A stretch of DNA of 63,647 nucleotides, the filler included, from Thelocarpon superellum (taxonomy: Eukaryota), in assembly GCA_026025795.1 (NCBI GenBank). It is 5 parts of 5 records of this genome, joined end to end, with 100 filler letters (N's around TTAATTAATTAA, not from the genome) between each part and the next. Parts side by side here need not be neighbours in the genome. Positions count along the whole stretch, not along the records: positions 1 to 12,734 come from JAPEUG010000477.1; positions 12,835 to 25,538 come from JAPEUG010000478.1; 3 more parts are not named here. One strand, 5' to 3'. Position 1 is the first letter of the stretch, and every line of letters begins with the position of its first letter. A program made the position numbers and the translations under genes. Under the pieces are notes generated by a model, which saw only the letters and a list, made by a program, of their open reading frames with translations, was not told the origin of the DNA and did not search any database. This document shows positions 1-13,046 of this stretch, piece by piece.

Positions 1-89
1 CCACGAGGTCCATCGCTGGAGTGGCTGGCCTGGTGTCCCTGCCTGCTTCTCTTGACGGCTGCCGGTAGGGGGCTGTGAGAAGTACCGGC

Positions 90-1529
90 TCATGACCAGT
101 CTCTCCCCTCCGTCCGCACTTGCACACCCTCGTGGACCTGATTCGTGTCATCAGTATGAGGATGAGGAGAGATGAGAGGCCCTAGACCTGTCATTATACG
201 TGTCATAGCTTCTTCACCATCGGGGCCGTTCCCGTCAGATCTGTTGGTAGCGGAGGATTTAGAGACGGGCAGGTGAAGGACCCCACTGGACTGATTCGGC
301 TGCTTCCGGGTAAGCTTGCGACCGCGCTGGGAGGGACGTTTATCCCGCAAGTACGCCTCCAACGCATGGTTGGTCGAGAGGAGGAAAGAGGCAGACAATG
401 GAGCATTGTCGAGGCCGTCAGACGACGAAGATGGAGAGGAGGAGATGTGACGACTTTCACGGTTGTCTAGATCCTCGATGACCATGGGGTTGGGGGGCTC
501 TAAATTTCTCGCTGTCATGGTAGTGACCTCGGTAGGTTCACTCGCATTAGTGGGCGCCATGGACGAGGACGGCTGCAAGTCTAATGCAGCAAATCTTTGC
601 GTTGATGGAAACTTCGATCGAGGGCGAGCGGCGGGAGCGCGGAGGGTACACTTCTTCCTACCGGCCTCCTTCCCACGACCCTTTCGTGACGAGGACGGGT
701 GCTGGCTAGAGGTCGTCAAGGACAATGGACGCATGTCAGCGAGACGAGACGTCGCCTTCGTCCGACGAGCAAGCAAACAATCTCCCAGCGGTAGCCGCTC
801 GCGACCCACGAAACCATCGAAATCATCACGGAGCTTGACTCGCTTGGCCGGACGCTCTGGCGCCCGGGCCGCGACGGGCATCCGGTACTGCGACAGATCT
901 GGCTTGACCTTCGACGCGCGTTCGGGCATGATAGGCGACTCATTGAAGGCTCCGAGCGACCTCCGACGCTGATCGTCCTTCCTGGAGCGGTCGGAGGGGG
1001 CGGGCGAGGGGAGTCCATGGTCTCTCGGGCTGGCCAACCCCCTCCAGATGACGTGATCAACGTCTCCACGTGGGAACGGGTGAGCGTGGTGAGACGCTTC
1101 TTCCTGCGGTCGTGCCAGAGCTTGACGTTGAGCCGCAGCACAGTGGCCAATCTCAACGAAGGCATTCTCCGGCCCGGGGTAATCAGATCCGTTTGACCCC
1201 GGTGGTCCGTTTGACCCCGGTGGTTGGACGAGGCCCGACGACTCTTGGTTGGAGCGGTCCGATGCCGGACTACTCGGCTCCGACGCCGAACCAATGACGA
1301 GATAAAGATGCGGGGGCGAGGTGGAATGAGACTCCGATCGCTCTATTACACCTGGCTTCAGTCTCGATACACTCTGGCCAGGCAGTGCCTTGCTCGGCAC
1401 ACTGACCGGGAGGATCGGGCTTCCCCAAACGAGCTGTCTCCCGACCGCGCCACGGCATGGTGGCCACTCTTCGGTGCTTGTCTGACGTGGGACGTGGGAA
1501 GTGGTCAAGGCGGATCGAGCAGGGGTCAA
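90..1529 (-). CDS. Possible hypothetical low-complexity (Ser/Pro/Arg-rich) protein; start and exon structure unresolved
   Basis: 479-codon open frame with no recognisable domain and a TTG start. Long shadow ORFs are common at this GC content. Confidence 0.25.
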   Translation of the reverse strand: MTPARSALTTSHVPRQTSTEEWPPCRGAVGRQLVWGSPILPVSVPSKALPGQSVSRLKPGVIERSESHSTSPPHLYLVIGSASEPSSPASDRSNQESSGLVQPPGSNGPPGSNGSDYPGPENAFVEIGHCAAAQRQALARPQEEASHHAHPFPRGDVDHVIWRGLASPRDHGLPSPAPSDRSRKDDQRRRSLGAFNESPIMPERASKVKPDLSQYRMPVAARAPERPAKRVKLRDDFDGFVGRERLPLGDCLLARRTKATSRLADMRPLSLTTSSQHPSSSRKGRGKEAGRKKCTLRAPAARPRSKFPSTQRFAALDLQPSSSMAPTNASEPTEVTTMTARNLEPPNPMVIEDLDNRESRHISSSPSSSSDGLDNAPLSASFLLSTNHALEAYLRDKRPSQRGRKLTRKQPNQSSGVLHLPVSKSSATNRSDGNGPDGEEAMTRIMTGLGPLISPHPHTDDTNQVHEGVQVRTEGRDWS

Positions 1530-2768
1530 GTCTCATCTCCGACCATCTTCCAAGTGCGCAAGGCTCGTGTCACGCGGGTGGCGACGGGAGGGCCTGATGA
1601 TCTGATAAGCAGTTCCGTGCGTCAAGTGGGGGATTCGGCGGGCATCCGAGGAAAGCGGCACAGGGATGATGATATCACGTTGCAGGTGAGTGATTGGGAA
1701 TCAAGATGATGGTCGGGGTGGAATGTACTCGCCCCGATTCAAGGGGATAACGAAATGGGAAGGGATGGACTACTCCGTCATATTTCATCACATTCTCGGC
1801 TTACTCAGATGCTGCTTGAAGAAGTAGTCCCGGGTGATTCTCCCCAATTGCGTCAAGGTACAGAGGCTTGACGGAAAGAAAAGAGTCGATCTACTTCGTC
1901 TACGAGTGATTCTCGCAGACGAGGATACCAGAGTAGCAAGCGGGAGCATGGTGGGTCTGGGAGGAGCTCCTCATGCCCAATGAGAACGGCCGGCTAAACA
2001 GCTACAGACAGCACGCGCTCGTCGGTTGACCGGGAGCAAGCGAGTGGGAGCGACATGCCACAAGCGAGATGTCGTTCCCGCCCGGGGGGCACCCCTAGGG
2101 CCTTTGGTGCCCTGTGTCGGGCTAAGCGAGGAGCGAGAGGTCGGCCTTCGGTCAATGCGAAAACTCCGACCCCCGAGTCCCGGGACGCGACGAGCCAATG
2201 AGGCGAGTCAGCTGCAGCCAAGCTGCCTACCGCATGGCAAGGCGGCGATGAGACAAGGATTAGGACGGCGGGAGAGAGGCTTCTGAAGCCGTCGCTCAGA
2301 CACAACCAACCGCTCCGCGCCGCGCAAGCCACGTCGCTGGATTCGTCAAAATGGGCTCGGCCTCCACCGTCAGCCCAAGTCTCGCGTCGGTGGACGGTGT
2401 AACGGTGGGACGACAGCGCCGCGTTACCATCGGACAAGTTGCGACCGGCCACCGATGACCATTGCTCGACACTCTCATCTAGCTCGTCCAGCTCGTCCAG
2501 CTCGTCCAGCTCGTCACCTTCCCACCTCGCACCTGGCACCGCGTGCACCACACCCCACGTCGACCTCGTCGCTCCGTCGGCCACCTAAGAGATTATCACT
2601 TCTCACCACAACCGTCACCGACACCGACACCGACACCGACACGAACACCGACACCCTCGATCCTGACGCTCCTTAAGCTCCACCAGCGCCGCACCGGCTT
2701 CCTCCCACGTAGCGCCCTCACTTCGAAGCCTGACCTGACAGCCGCCACTCTCGCGGACGACCAACGAC

Positions 2769-3847
2769 ATGGCGGAGGGCAGCCAAGCTGGCGGGGTTCG
2801 TGACGCATCGATCCCACGGTGAGAGGCCCACTGACCAATGTACAGATGATGAAGGCGCCCCCGGGCCCACCGTATGCTCCGACGACGGCGGCGCTGGGCG
2901 GCACGCCCACCGTCGCGCTCGATGTGCCCATCACCGCCGTCTTCCTGGCGCTGTACCTCCTCGGGGCGGCGACGCACATGACGATCTTCCAGCTCAACAA
3001 GCGCAAAGGCCACAAGTTCATCATCTCGGGCATGATGTTTGGCTTCTGCATGGCACGGACGGTGACGTGCATCCTGCGCATCGCCTGGGCCACGCGACCG
3101 ACCAAGGTGCCGCTGGCCATCGCGGCCTCGGTTTTCGTCTCGGCCGGCGTGCTGCTCCTCTTCATCGTCAACCTGGTCTTCGCCCAACGGCTACTCCGCG
3201 CGTCCCACCCGAACTTGGGCTGGCACCGCCTGACCCAGCACGTCGGCACGCTGTACATTGGGTCGATCGTCGTGTCGCTCATCATGCTCATCACCTGCAC
3301 CGTGCAATCCTTCTACACGCTGAACCTCAACACCCATCGCATCGACCGCGACGTACAGCTCTATGGCGCCACCTACTTTTCCGTGGTCGCCTTCCTCCCC
3401 ATTCCCATCACCCTCATCAGTCTGCTGGTGCCGCGCCGGGCGCCCCTCGACAAGTTCGGCGTGGGCCGTCACCGCACCAAGGTCGCCATCCTCCTGCTGG
3501 CCGCCGTCCTGCTCACGCTCGGCGCCAGCTTCCGCGCCGGCACCACCTACCTGACGCCCCGGCCGAGCTCGGACCCGGCATGGTACCAGTCGAAGACGTG
3601 TTTCTACCTCTTCGACTTCACCATCGAGATCCTGGTCATCTATCTCTACGCCATCCTGCGCGTCGACATGCGCTTCTGGGTGCCCAACGGCGCGCACGGT
3701 CCAGGCGCCTACTCCACCGCTCGCAAGGAAGGTCGTACCAGCTCGCGCATCTTCACCGAGGAGGAGGTGCTCGACGACGCAGGACCCAGCGACGGGGACG
3801 AGGGCAAGGATACGGAAAAGGGGCCGGATGATAGTGATGAGAAGTAG
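2769..3847 (+). CDS. Multi-pass fungal membrane protein (DUF3112/RTA1-like, about 7 TM)
   Basis: Exon 1 2769-2795 (MAEGSQAGG); intron 2796-2845 (GTTCGT..CTGAC..TACAG); exon 2 in the frame of the 342-aa ORF. Hydrophobic helices and motifs LGG.P...DVPI, FGFCMAR, RVDMRFWVPNG. Confidence 0.8.
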
Positions 3848-4440
3848 GCCTGATGTCGCCGCGCCTCTTCTCTCCTCTCCTCTGTCCTTTCTCGTCTTTC
3901 TCGACCTGGACTTGCTGAGTGGTGAGCATGCCTGTTTGTGGATGTGGACGTGGATTTGGGTGGGTACGAAGGTGGATGTGGATGTGGAGGTAGAGGTGGT
4001 CAAATGATGACTTGCTCTTGCTGTGCTTCCGCTCTTTGCTCCGTCCGTCCGTGCCCGTGCCCGTGCCCGTGCCCGTGCCCGTGCTATGCTCGTCTCTCAC
4101 AGCAGCTCCTCGCAAAACAACTTCCCTCAACCTCCTCCCCTCTGCCTCCATCCTGGCCCGCGCTAGGCACGCTAAGCTATGCTACCCGACACGCCATTTC
4201 CATTCTCCTATCCTATGTTCTCCTATCCTATGCCATGTCACCTTGCAGCATTCAGTCATTTTCAGGCTTCAGTCTTCAGTCATAAATCGTAGTCGTCTGT
4301 TCGATAGGGTGTCCCTGCATCCTTGCTTGACCCTCCTCGTTAGTGGAAATAATGAAATAATGAATTCATCTCAACTTTCTGATTTGATTCGATCCAATCG
4401 GTGATGACTGGATTAGATGTGCGTGTGGATGACTGCGGTG

Positions 4441-4444
4441 ATGG

Positions 4445-4480
<36 letters not shown>

Positions 4481-4512
4481 ATGGATGGATGGATGGATGG
4501 ATGGATGGATGG
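4441..4512. repeat. (GGAT)n tetranucleotide microsatellite
   Basis: About 18 near-perfect ATGG units read directly. Confidence 0.95.
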
Positions 4513-4785
4513 GGTGCATCAGCGGCTCGGTGACGACGCGGCTGTATCGTTACTCCCCACCATTCAACCCCGTCTACAGCTCGTTCCTCCCCACCAGTCA
4601 TGTGCCTTCTAATTACCCACCTTCCCATCCCATCCATCAATCGCGGTCCAGCATCGCACCCGGTATGGCACACTGTCATTGTCATCTTCATCTTCATCGT
4701 CATCCCGCATCTACAACCTCCCTCCCTCCCCATCATCAACCCCCGTCCATCTCCAAGTAAAGGCAAGCATGGTCTTTTACAGGAA

Positions 4786-6064
<1,279 letters not shown>

Positions 6065-6949
6065 GGATGGCGTCGACCAGCGGGGTCGGGCGAAGAATGA
6101 CCGGACGATCGATCGAGGCAGAGTCGCCTACGACAGGGCAGCGGGTGGCGGACGGGCGTGAAGCTGACAGGGATGAAGCGGATGTTGTGGTGGCACTATT
6201 GTGGTTGATCCTGGACGGCGCGAACGGCGAGCGAGATGGCGACGGAATTACTCGTGTGGCAGGAGATAATGCCCGCAGGAAGCGGGAGGTCACGGCGAGA
6301 ATCTGGACACGCAGGAAGAACGCAAGAACGAGTGGACGGTTGTGCACGTTGCAGGGGTCGTGGTGTAGATGAGATCCAGCGAGATCCCACGTGTCGGTCC
6401 GGGCAGGCGATGGTCGACGATGGTGTTGATGGCGGGTGGTGGCCGGTACGGTAGATGAACGGCAAGGGGATGTTGTGCAGCGCCAGCGCCAGCGACAGCG
6501 ACAGCGACCGTGGCAGCGACCGCGAGAGGAGCCCCCCAGCCAAAGTTGTGCTGGGGGGATTACGCCACACGATTTCATGCGCCGCCAAAGCGAGACCTGA
6601 CAAACGAGACGAGCAACTTCGGGAGTAACATACTCTCTCCCACCATCCTCGTAGGGCGGAGTCTACGGCGTCCCCCAACTTGCCCAGGGACCTGAAGCAC
6701 TTGTTAGCGCCACTCCGAACGAGTACGATTATTTACTCGTAGGTGGCTGATACGCTTAAGCGGAGCGTCAAATGCCACGGCCCTTACAAATATAGGGGGA
6801 ACGTGAGAGGCCAAGCGTCCCGAGCACGCGACAGGTTCAGCGACCCGCTGTAGTACTCCGCCACCTTGGACATACACGTACGAAGTACTTTGTCCAACAT
6901 AAGACGGGAACTTCGCGAGCTGCAATGGTCGAGGGTTTCGTTTCGAGCG

Positions 6950-9283
6950 CTACACCGCGCGAAATGGTTCGGCGGCCGGGTCGCCGTCGGCCGCGCCGCC
7001 CACCAGATGCTTAAAGTCCAGGCCGACTTCCGTCAACATGACGGCGTGCTGCTGGGCGGTCTCGATGCATTCCTGCCACACGTCACTGCCGTGGTCGAAG
7101 CTGCTCAGCTGCCGGCCGAGGATCTGGTTGAAGGCGTCGACCTGCTCCTTGGCCCACTTGACGCACGCCGACATCATGAGGGCGGGGAAGCAAGCCTGAT
7201 AGATGGTGATGGTGTTGCGGATGATGGTGAAGTAGACAAAGGAGATCTGAAAGATGTATTGTTGGAGGTCCCCCTCGAAGATGCATTGCCTGCGACTCGC
7301 GTCAGTCTGGTTGCCACACGCCCTCGAAGATCCTGTCAGGATCGAAGAGAGATCGAAGTGAGATCGAAGAGGATACACACCGTGTCCGCTTGACGATGAC
7401 CGCCCCGCGCGCCTCGAGGTAGGACTCGCGCGCGCGGTCCTCGTAGTTGAGGCGCACGAGCCAGCCAATATTCTGCTGCGTCGCGTGCAAGAAGGAATGC
7501 GTGTCGACCAGGCGGCGCGTCACCAGGTCCGCCATCGTGTCGGCCCGCTCGCCCGCCTGCACCTGGATGTAGTGCTGCGCGATGGCATTGGACCGCAGCC
7601 CTTTCGCCAGCTTCCGCAGCCGCTCGATGCCGGCCACGGCCTCATCGAAGCGCTGCAGCGCGATGGCCATGTCCAGCTCATCCACCTGGTTCTCGAGCCA
7701 GCGCAGAGTGTGCTGCTTGCCGTCCACGTCGATGGTCAGATCGGCCTGCTGCTTCGTCAGCGCGCCGGCGCGCGGGTTCGACAGGTCCGGCGTCGGCGGC
7801 GCCCCGGGATCCGGGCTCGCCAGATAGTTCAGCGCGTCCTTGGCCCCGTCGCCCTGCGACCGACTCGCCTTGCGCAGCTCCTCGACGGCCTTGCGGAACA
7901 TGAGCAGCAAGGTGCCCTTTTCCTTGCTGTCGGGCCGGTCGTTGCGGTAGGTGAAGGACTCTTGGCCCACGCGGATGTTGATGGCGTTGACTACGTTAGC
8001 CCGCTCGCGTCCGCCCTCGGCCCCACCGACCAAGCCGAGGCTGGAGGAGAGGTCGAGCATCTGGATGTCCTGCAGCGGCCAGCACCGCTCCGCCACCAGC
8101 TTCGACTGCACCGGCTGTTGCGCCGCGTCCACGCCCTGTGCCAGGCTCGCGGCCGGGTCGACGCGGCGCTTCTTGCGCGACGCCACCAGCAGATGGTCGT
8201 TGAGCAGGAACATGTGGATGGCGCGACGTGACTTCCACGTTGCCGCGTTCAGCTCCACCCACTGCGGCGAGTCCTTGATGATGTGCCGCCCCGGCACCGC
8301 CGGCAGGAAGCGCTGGGAGCCCTCGACATTTTTCCAGAGCGTCTGCAGCTGTGTATTCCACATAGCCTCGAGGTTGGCCACGGAGCTGCGGTTGGCCTGC
8401 TTCCGCGCCGTCGCCGTCATGGCATCGTAGCTCGGGGTGGCGGTGTCGGCCGTGCCCGTGCCGTTGCCGTGCGACGAGGCTTGATTCAGGGCGCTGGTGT
8501 TGGCCTTGAGGTCCGACATGAGCGTGCGGAGCATACGCATCTCGCCCTTGAGTCGCTCCGCCTCGCGGCTGATCTCGATGAACTTGGTGCGGTTCTGGTA
8601 GACGTTGTGCTGCAGATCGGTCGAGGTCCGCGTGCGCGCCTTCAGCAAATTGCGTTGGTAGTCACGGATCTCATCTTCTGACGCCGCCGCCAGGATACTG
8701 GCAACATACTGGTCGGGTCGTAGGTTGGGGTCTTTGAGGTCGTTGATGTCCACCGTCACTGCCACTCGCTCCATTGATGGCCGACCTCGCCCTGAAGATC
8801 CCGGCCGTTCGTCGCCTGGCCCCGGCATCGACATCGATCCGGATCCTGACCCGGTCGCGACGTGGCCAGGCAGGCCGGGCATCGAGGGTATCGGGGGTGC
8901 ATCGGGGCGAAATCCCTGCGGAAAGGCGCCAGGACGGGTGGAATATCGTCGCTTGACAAAATCGGCCGTCTGCAGGCATCGCTCCATTCAGCTCGGCCCA
9001 CTTCCTAAGGAGGTTCATCCTTACCTTTCCGCCCGTCTGTGGTGGTCTCAGCTGTTGGCTGGCTGCAGCGCTCTTGCCCGCAGCACTGCTCGCCGCAGCT
9101 TTGGCCGTGGGGTCGGGCGTCGGCAGCGGACTGGAGATCTGAGCTCTGGCGGAAAGGCGATCAGCGACGAGTAGCACCCGGGGCATCCGTCACCTACCGT
9201 CGCGCCGCGGGGGCATTGTTCCGCTTCTTGCGTAGGGAGAAGACCCCCTTCTTCTCCTTTCTATCCTTGTCCTTGTCGTCCAT
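6950..9283 (-). CDS. EXO84: Exocyst complex component Exo84
   Basis: Motifs TADFVKRRYSTR, DLQHNVYQNRTKFIEISREAE, a PH-like region FLLNDHLLVAS, and C-terminal CVKWAKEQVDAFNQILGRQL...VGLDF. About 3 introns. Confidence 0.92.
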
Positions 9284-9709
9284 GGTGCCGTCGGAGGGGT
9301 GGAGAGAAGAAGTCGAGGTGTTGTGGGGGTTGCTCACTGAGCATGACGTTGCAGGGCTGTTGCTTGATTGGTCGACCTTCACGGAATGTCGCGTCGGAGA
9401 GCGCCTCGTTAAAAAAAGGTGCTAGGTGCAAAGTGCCGGGTGCAGGCTGCAACGAGCCTGAGGGTCAGTTCCGCCTACGCTACGCCGTTCAAGTACTCGA
9501 GCTATGATTATTGGCGATTGTCGTCGTTACCTAACTTTTCTTCTTGACGCTCCCCAAGACATATTGGACCCATCCTCCATCCGCCCGATCAGCGACGGTG
9601 ATTGTTCCGCTCATGATACGGGGGTGTCGACGGCTGCATCTTGTGCCTCCCGCCTGACCCACATTGCGGGCGTTCTCGCGTGAATTGTCTCTTTGCTCTG
9701 TACATCATC

Positions 9710-10349
9710 ATGGCTTCCTGGCAGACCTCGACCATCGTCGCACTGTCGGTCGGCACCATCGCCACTGGCCTCGTAGGTACGGTGGCGCCGATCATGTTTG
9801 GAGCCGGACCCTCGTTGACGTGCTTGCCTAGCGTACGCCGTCTACTTCGATCACCGGCGACGTACCGATCCCGACTTTCGCAAGGCGCTGAAACGTGAGG
9901 CGCGCCGACAAGCGCGCTTCGCCCGGGAAGAAGCCGAAGCCCATGGCGCCAAGCAGAAACAGGCCATCAAGGCCGCCGTGGCCGCGGCCCGCGAAGAGGG
10001 CTTCCCCACCGGCGTCGAGGAGAAGGAGGCCTACTTCATGAACGAAGTTGCCCACGGCGAGGTGCTCTGCCAGGATAGCGACGCCTCGATCGAGGCCGCC
10101 CTGTGCTTCTACAAGGCACTCAAGGTCTATCCGCAGCCACGAGACTTGATCACCATCTATGACAAGACCGTGCCCAAGGTACGCCATCTCTGCATTGCCT
10201 AGCCCCGAATGTCTTGTAGATCGACTTTACTGACCGACGGATAGCCCGTGCTCGACTTGCTGGCGGAGATGATCGCCGCCGACCCGACCATCTCGGTGGG
10301 ACCTTTCGGCGGTGCGCCTCCTGACGGTAGCGCGGCCACGGTAGAGTAG
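9710..10349 (+). CDS. TOM20: Mitochondrial import receptor Tom20
   Basis: N-terminal anchor followed by AYAVYFDHRRRTDPDFRKAL, then EKEAYFMNEV and AALCFYKALKVYPQP. Two introns at about 9777-9831 and 10179-10244. Confidence 0.93.
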
Positions 10350-11337
10350 GCGTGGACGATGTTCATGATGGTGACCATCTTGCGACGCTGCTCAGATGGC
10401 AGGCGAGGAGAGGGCGGCCCGGTTCACGGGTGGGCGGCGATACCGATGTACTATACAGCGTGTGTAACGATCTAGCATGGGGTGGATCTGGGCTCTGGGC
10501 TCAATGGACTGCGGTGCCAGTGATATGGGCACTGGGACATGAAACGTCATTCCACTTCTTTGACTCCACTTCCTCCTATTCCTGTTGCTGTCCCAGGTTC
10601 GTCGCGTGCACAACGACGCAAGATCTTGTATCAAGCCCTTCCAGGACCCTCGAAAAGGCCCTCGTGTCGACGCTCCAAATGCTCTGCGCGGCAAGCTCCA
10701 CAATCAACCAAGACGACCCACGAGTGGCACGGCCAACCACACCATGGGCGCCTTCGCGTAACGAAGCGTCGAGGTAGGACCACGCCCAACTCAACCAGGT
10801 AACCCCCCTGACTATGATTAGAAGCTGGGGCCAGCAGCAGTGGGAAACTTCAACGAGCTGTGCATAGGCAATCAAATGAGCTTCTCTGTTGCCTGGTTCT
10901 TTTCACATCGTCGCTGTGCTCGAGGACTGTCTCTAACTACGACATAATAGGATTACACCTACACCCGACGAGCTTCGCAAGCGCGCGCTTCAAGATGGCT
11001 CTGGACAACTTCATTTCATACGTTGGTTGCGGCCTCTTGGCAAATTCTTGGGGGTGGTGGAAGCAATGGACACGTCGTCGTAAGCATTCGATCCAGGTAA
11101 GCGCCAGTGCATGCAAATTCATTGCTGCTCCAGAAGGGCAGCAGCTGGTTGAGGCGAGCACCTGGTAATGGGCTCCTAAAGCGTACTGGGAAAGGTGCAT
11201 CGACCTTATCGACGTCGAGTGGCGTCCACGGTGGACAACAATGGAGACGACATGTAGCATGGTAAGTCACGCGGGATCCGTCTTCACCCTACATATATTG
11301 AACTATTCGCAGTTGAAAGCACTGAAGGGGTATACAA

Positions 11338-11640
11338 GATGCCGTAGTAATTCCCACGCCAACATTACCAGCAACTCGACAACTCGACAACTCGACAACA
11401 CAACAAATCATTCACCATGGGAACGAAAAGGCCGCCTTCAAGTACGCGGGTTCGAATCCCCTCTCGGGGAGTTGAATTATAGATTCAGGGCACTGAGATC
11501 TTCCGCACGAATGTAAACCTTCCACCGCAAGGCGGAGGGGTTTCGATAGGGATGAGTGGGAGCAATCTCACTCGGACCGAAGCTTTTGCCCAATCCATGA
11601 TTGGATCGACATCTGTTTGATGGGAGCTACTTCCGCATCC
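11338..11640 (+). ncRNA. Candidate structured Pol III-type ncRNA (SRP-RNA-like layout, unconfirmed)
   Basis: Perfect B-box GGTTCGAATCC at 11449-11459; two GCAA-tetraloop hairpins at 11515-11543 and 11554-11573; nested long-range complementarity; no credible ORF. Confidence 0.45.
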
Positions 11641-11979
11641 TGGTGGATGTTGCTATGCTTCTTGTCTTCGTTGATGCCATTTGCTCCAGAACCCTCGGTC
11701 ATCGTCGCGGGTTGATGTGGTAGAGGATGACAACTTTGTACTTCGAGTGGTCAAACGCGACAAACGAGGGCGATGACATCATCGTTGACGTTGGCCTGAG
11801 AGCCCACTGCGTAGCTCGAGCAAACACATACGGAGGAGCCTCTACACGCGCCTCCCATCATCGACTATCATACAGCACGAAGAAGCCAGTGCCGAACTTG
11901 TCCCATCCACTTGTATCATCTCTACATCCACATTCCCGCCCAGACCTTGCCCAGACACCACGCCAGCACCACCGCCATC

Positions 11980-12501
11980 ATGAGCATGCAATCCAGCGTC
12001 GGAAACAAGCAGCTCTACGAGTCCAACGAGCAAAAGCCAGACAAGTCCCAGCCCGAGCGATTCGAAGAAGGCAAGGCAAACAGCCATAAGCCGTTGGATT
12101 CCAGTCAGTCTTCCGCTGCTCAAGGCATTAGAAGCTAGCCTGGCCGACTCTTTACTGATTTCATCCCTGGCATTTCGTGCAGAGGACGAAAGGTCCACCG
12201 CCAACAAGCTAGCGAATGAAGTGAGGGTAGGCTTCTGTAGCTGACCCATGCCCACGAAACACCCAGCTTATCATCTCGCAGAAAAAAGAGGAGGAAGATG
12301 ACTTTGAGACTTCGCTGTCCAAGAAAGACCCGACCCTCCCGGTAGGACATCTGTTGGTCCACGTACCGAATCACAAGCCAGGCTAACGAGGTCTGCACAT
12401 AGGCAAAGGCTCATGGAAACGAGCCCAGCAAGGGTGCTAAGATTGATGCAGAGCTCCAGGCCGAGGAGGAGGCCGAGTTGAAGAAGAAGGGAAGGGTGTG
12501 A
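11980..12501 (+). CDS. Small conserved hydrophilic fungal protein (about 107 aa, possibly stress or spore associated)
   Basis: Four exons (introns 12104-12182, about 12227-12281, 12342-12402) splice to MSMQSSVGNKQLYE...SKDERSTANKLA...KDPTLPAKAHGNEPSKGAKIDAELQAEEEAELKKKGRV. Confidence 0.85.
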
Positions 12502-12734
12502 GAGTGATCACGTTGAGACGACGAAGCATACAGCTAGGTGGATTGAATAGACGCCGTCGATTGGCGAGGATAAGGGTATTCAATAGGGTTCCAAGACCTC
12601 GTCCCAAGCTCCGTCGTGATACTCTAGTTGAACACTCGAGCTCTGCTAGCTGCCTAACCCTAAGCCGTACTTCTTCTTGGCCTCGATGAGATTCGCTGTC
12701 CTCAGCGCGACCGTGAGGTACGAGTTGGCTTGCT

Positions 12735-12834
12735 NNNNNNNNNNNNNNNNNNNNNNNNNNNNNNNNNNNNNNNNNNNNTTAATTAATTAANNNNNNNNNN
12801 NNNNNNNNNNNNNNNNNNNNNNNNNNNNNNNNNN
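12735..12834. other. Artificial contig linker
   Basis: N-run, TTAATTAATTAA (stops in six frames), N-run; exactly 100 nt. Confidence 0.98.
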
Positions 12835-12910
12835 AGACCCTATGCTAAGATACCAACATCGTCGGTATCGAGTTCCGTCAATACTAGAGGACCCTGGTCT
12901 ACCCACGAGC

Positions 12911-13046
12911 AGTCCCGGCTCTCAGTAAGTCCCGGCTCTCAGTAAGTCCCGGCTCTCAGTAAGTCCCGGCTCTCAGTAAGTCCCGGCTCTCAGTAAGTCC
13001 CGGCTCTCAGTAAGTCCCGGCTCTCAGTAAGTCCCGGCTCTCAGTA
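12911..13046. repeat. Perfect 17-bp minisatellite (AGTCCCGGCTCTCAGTA) x8
   Basis: Eight identical head-to-tail units with no spacers. Confidence 0.97.

Noticed and set aside
11400..11475. tRNA gene suggested by GGGTTCGAATCCC
   Set aside because: The T-stem is imperfect and no acceptor-stem partner, D-arm or anticodon arm can be built. Kept only as a B-box.
11340..11640. RNase P/MRP RNA, TPP riboswitch or HDV/hammerhead ribozyme
   Set aside because: Only isolated short words resemble them. The ordered conserved elements (P4 halves, CUGAUGA/GAAA, nested pseudoknot) are not present.
12779..12790. TTAATTAATTAA as a recurring biological motif
   Set aside because: It is always centred in a 100-nt N-gap, so it is a synthetic linker.
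12911..13046. CRISPR-like array
   Set aside because: No spacers, eukaryotic context and no cas genes.
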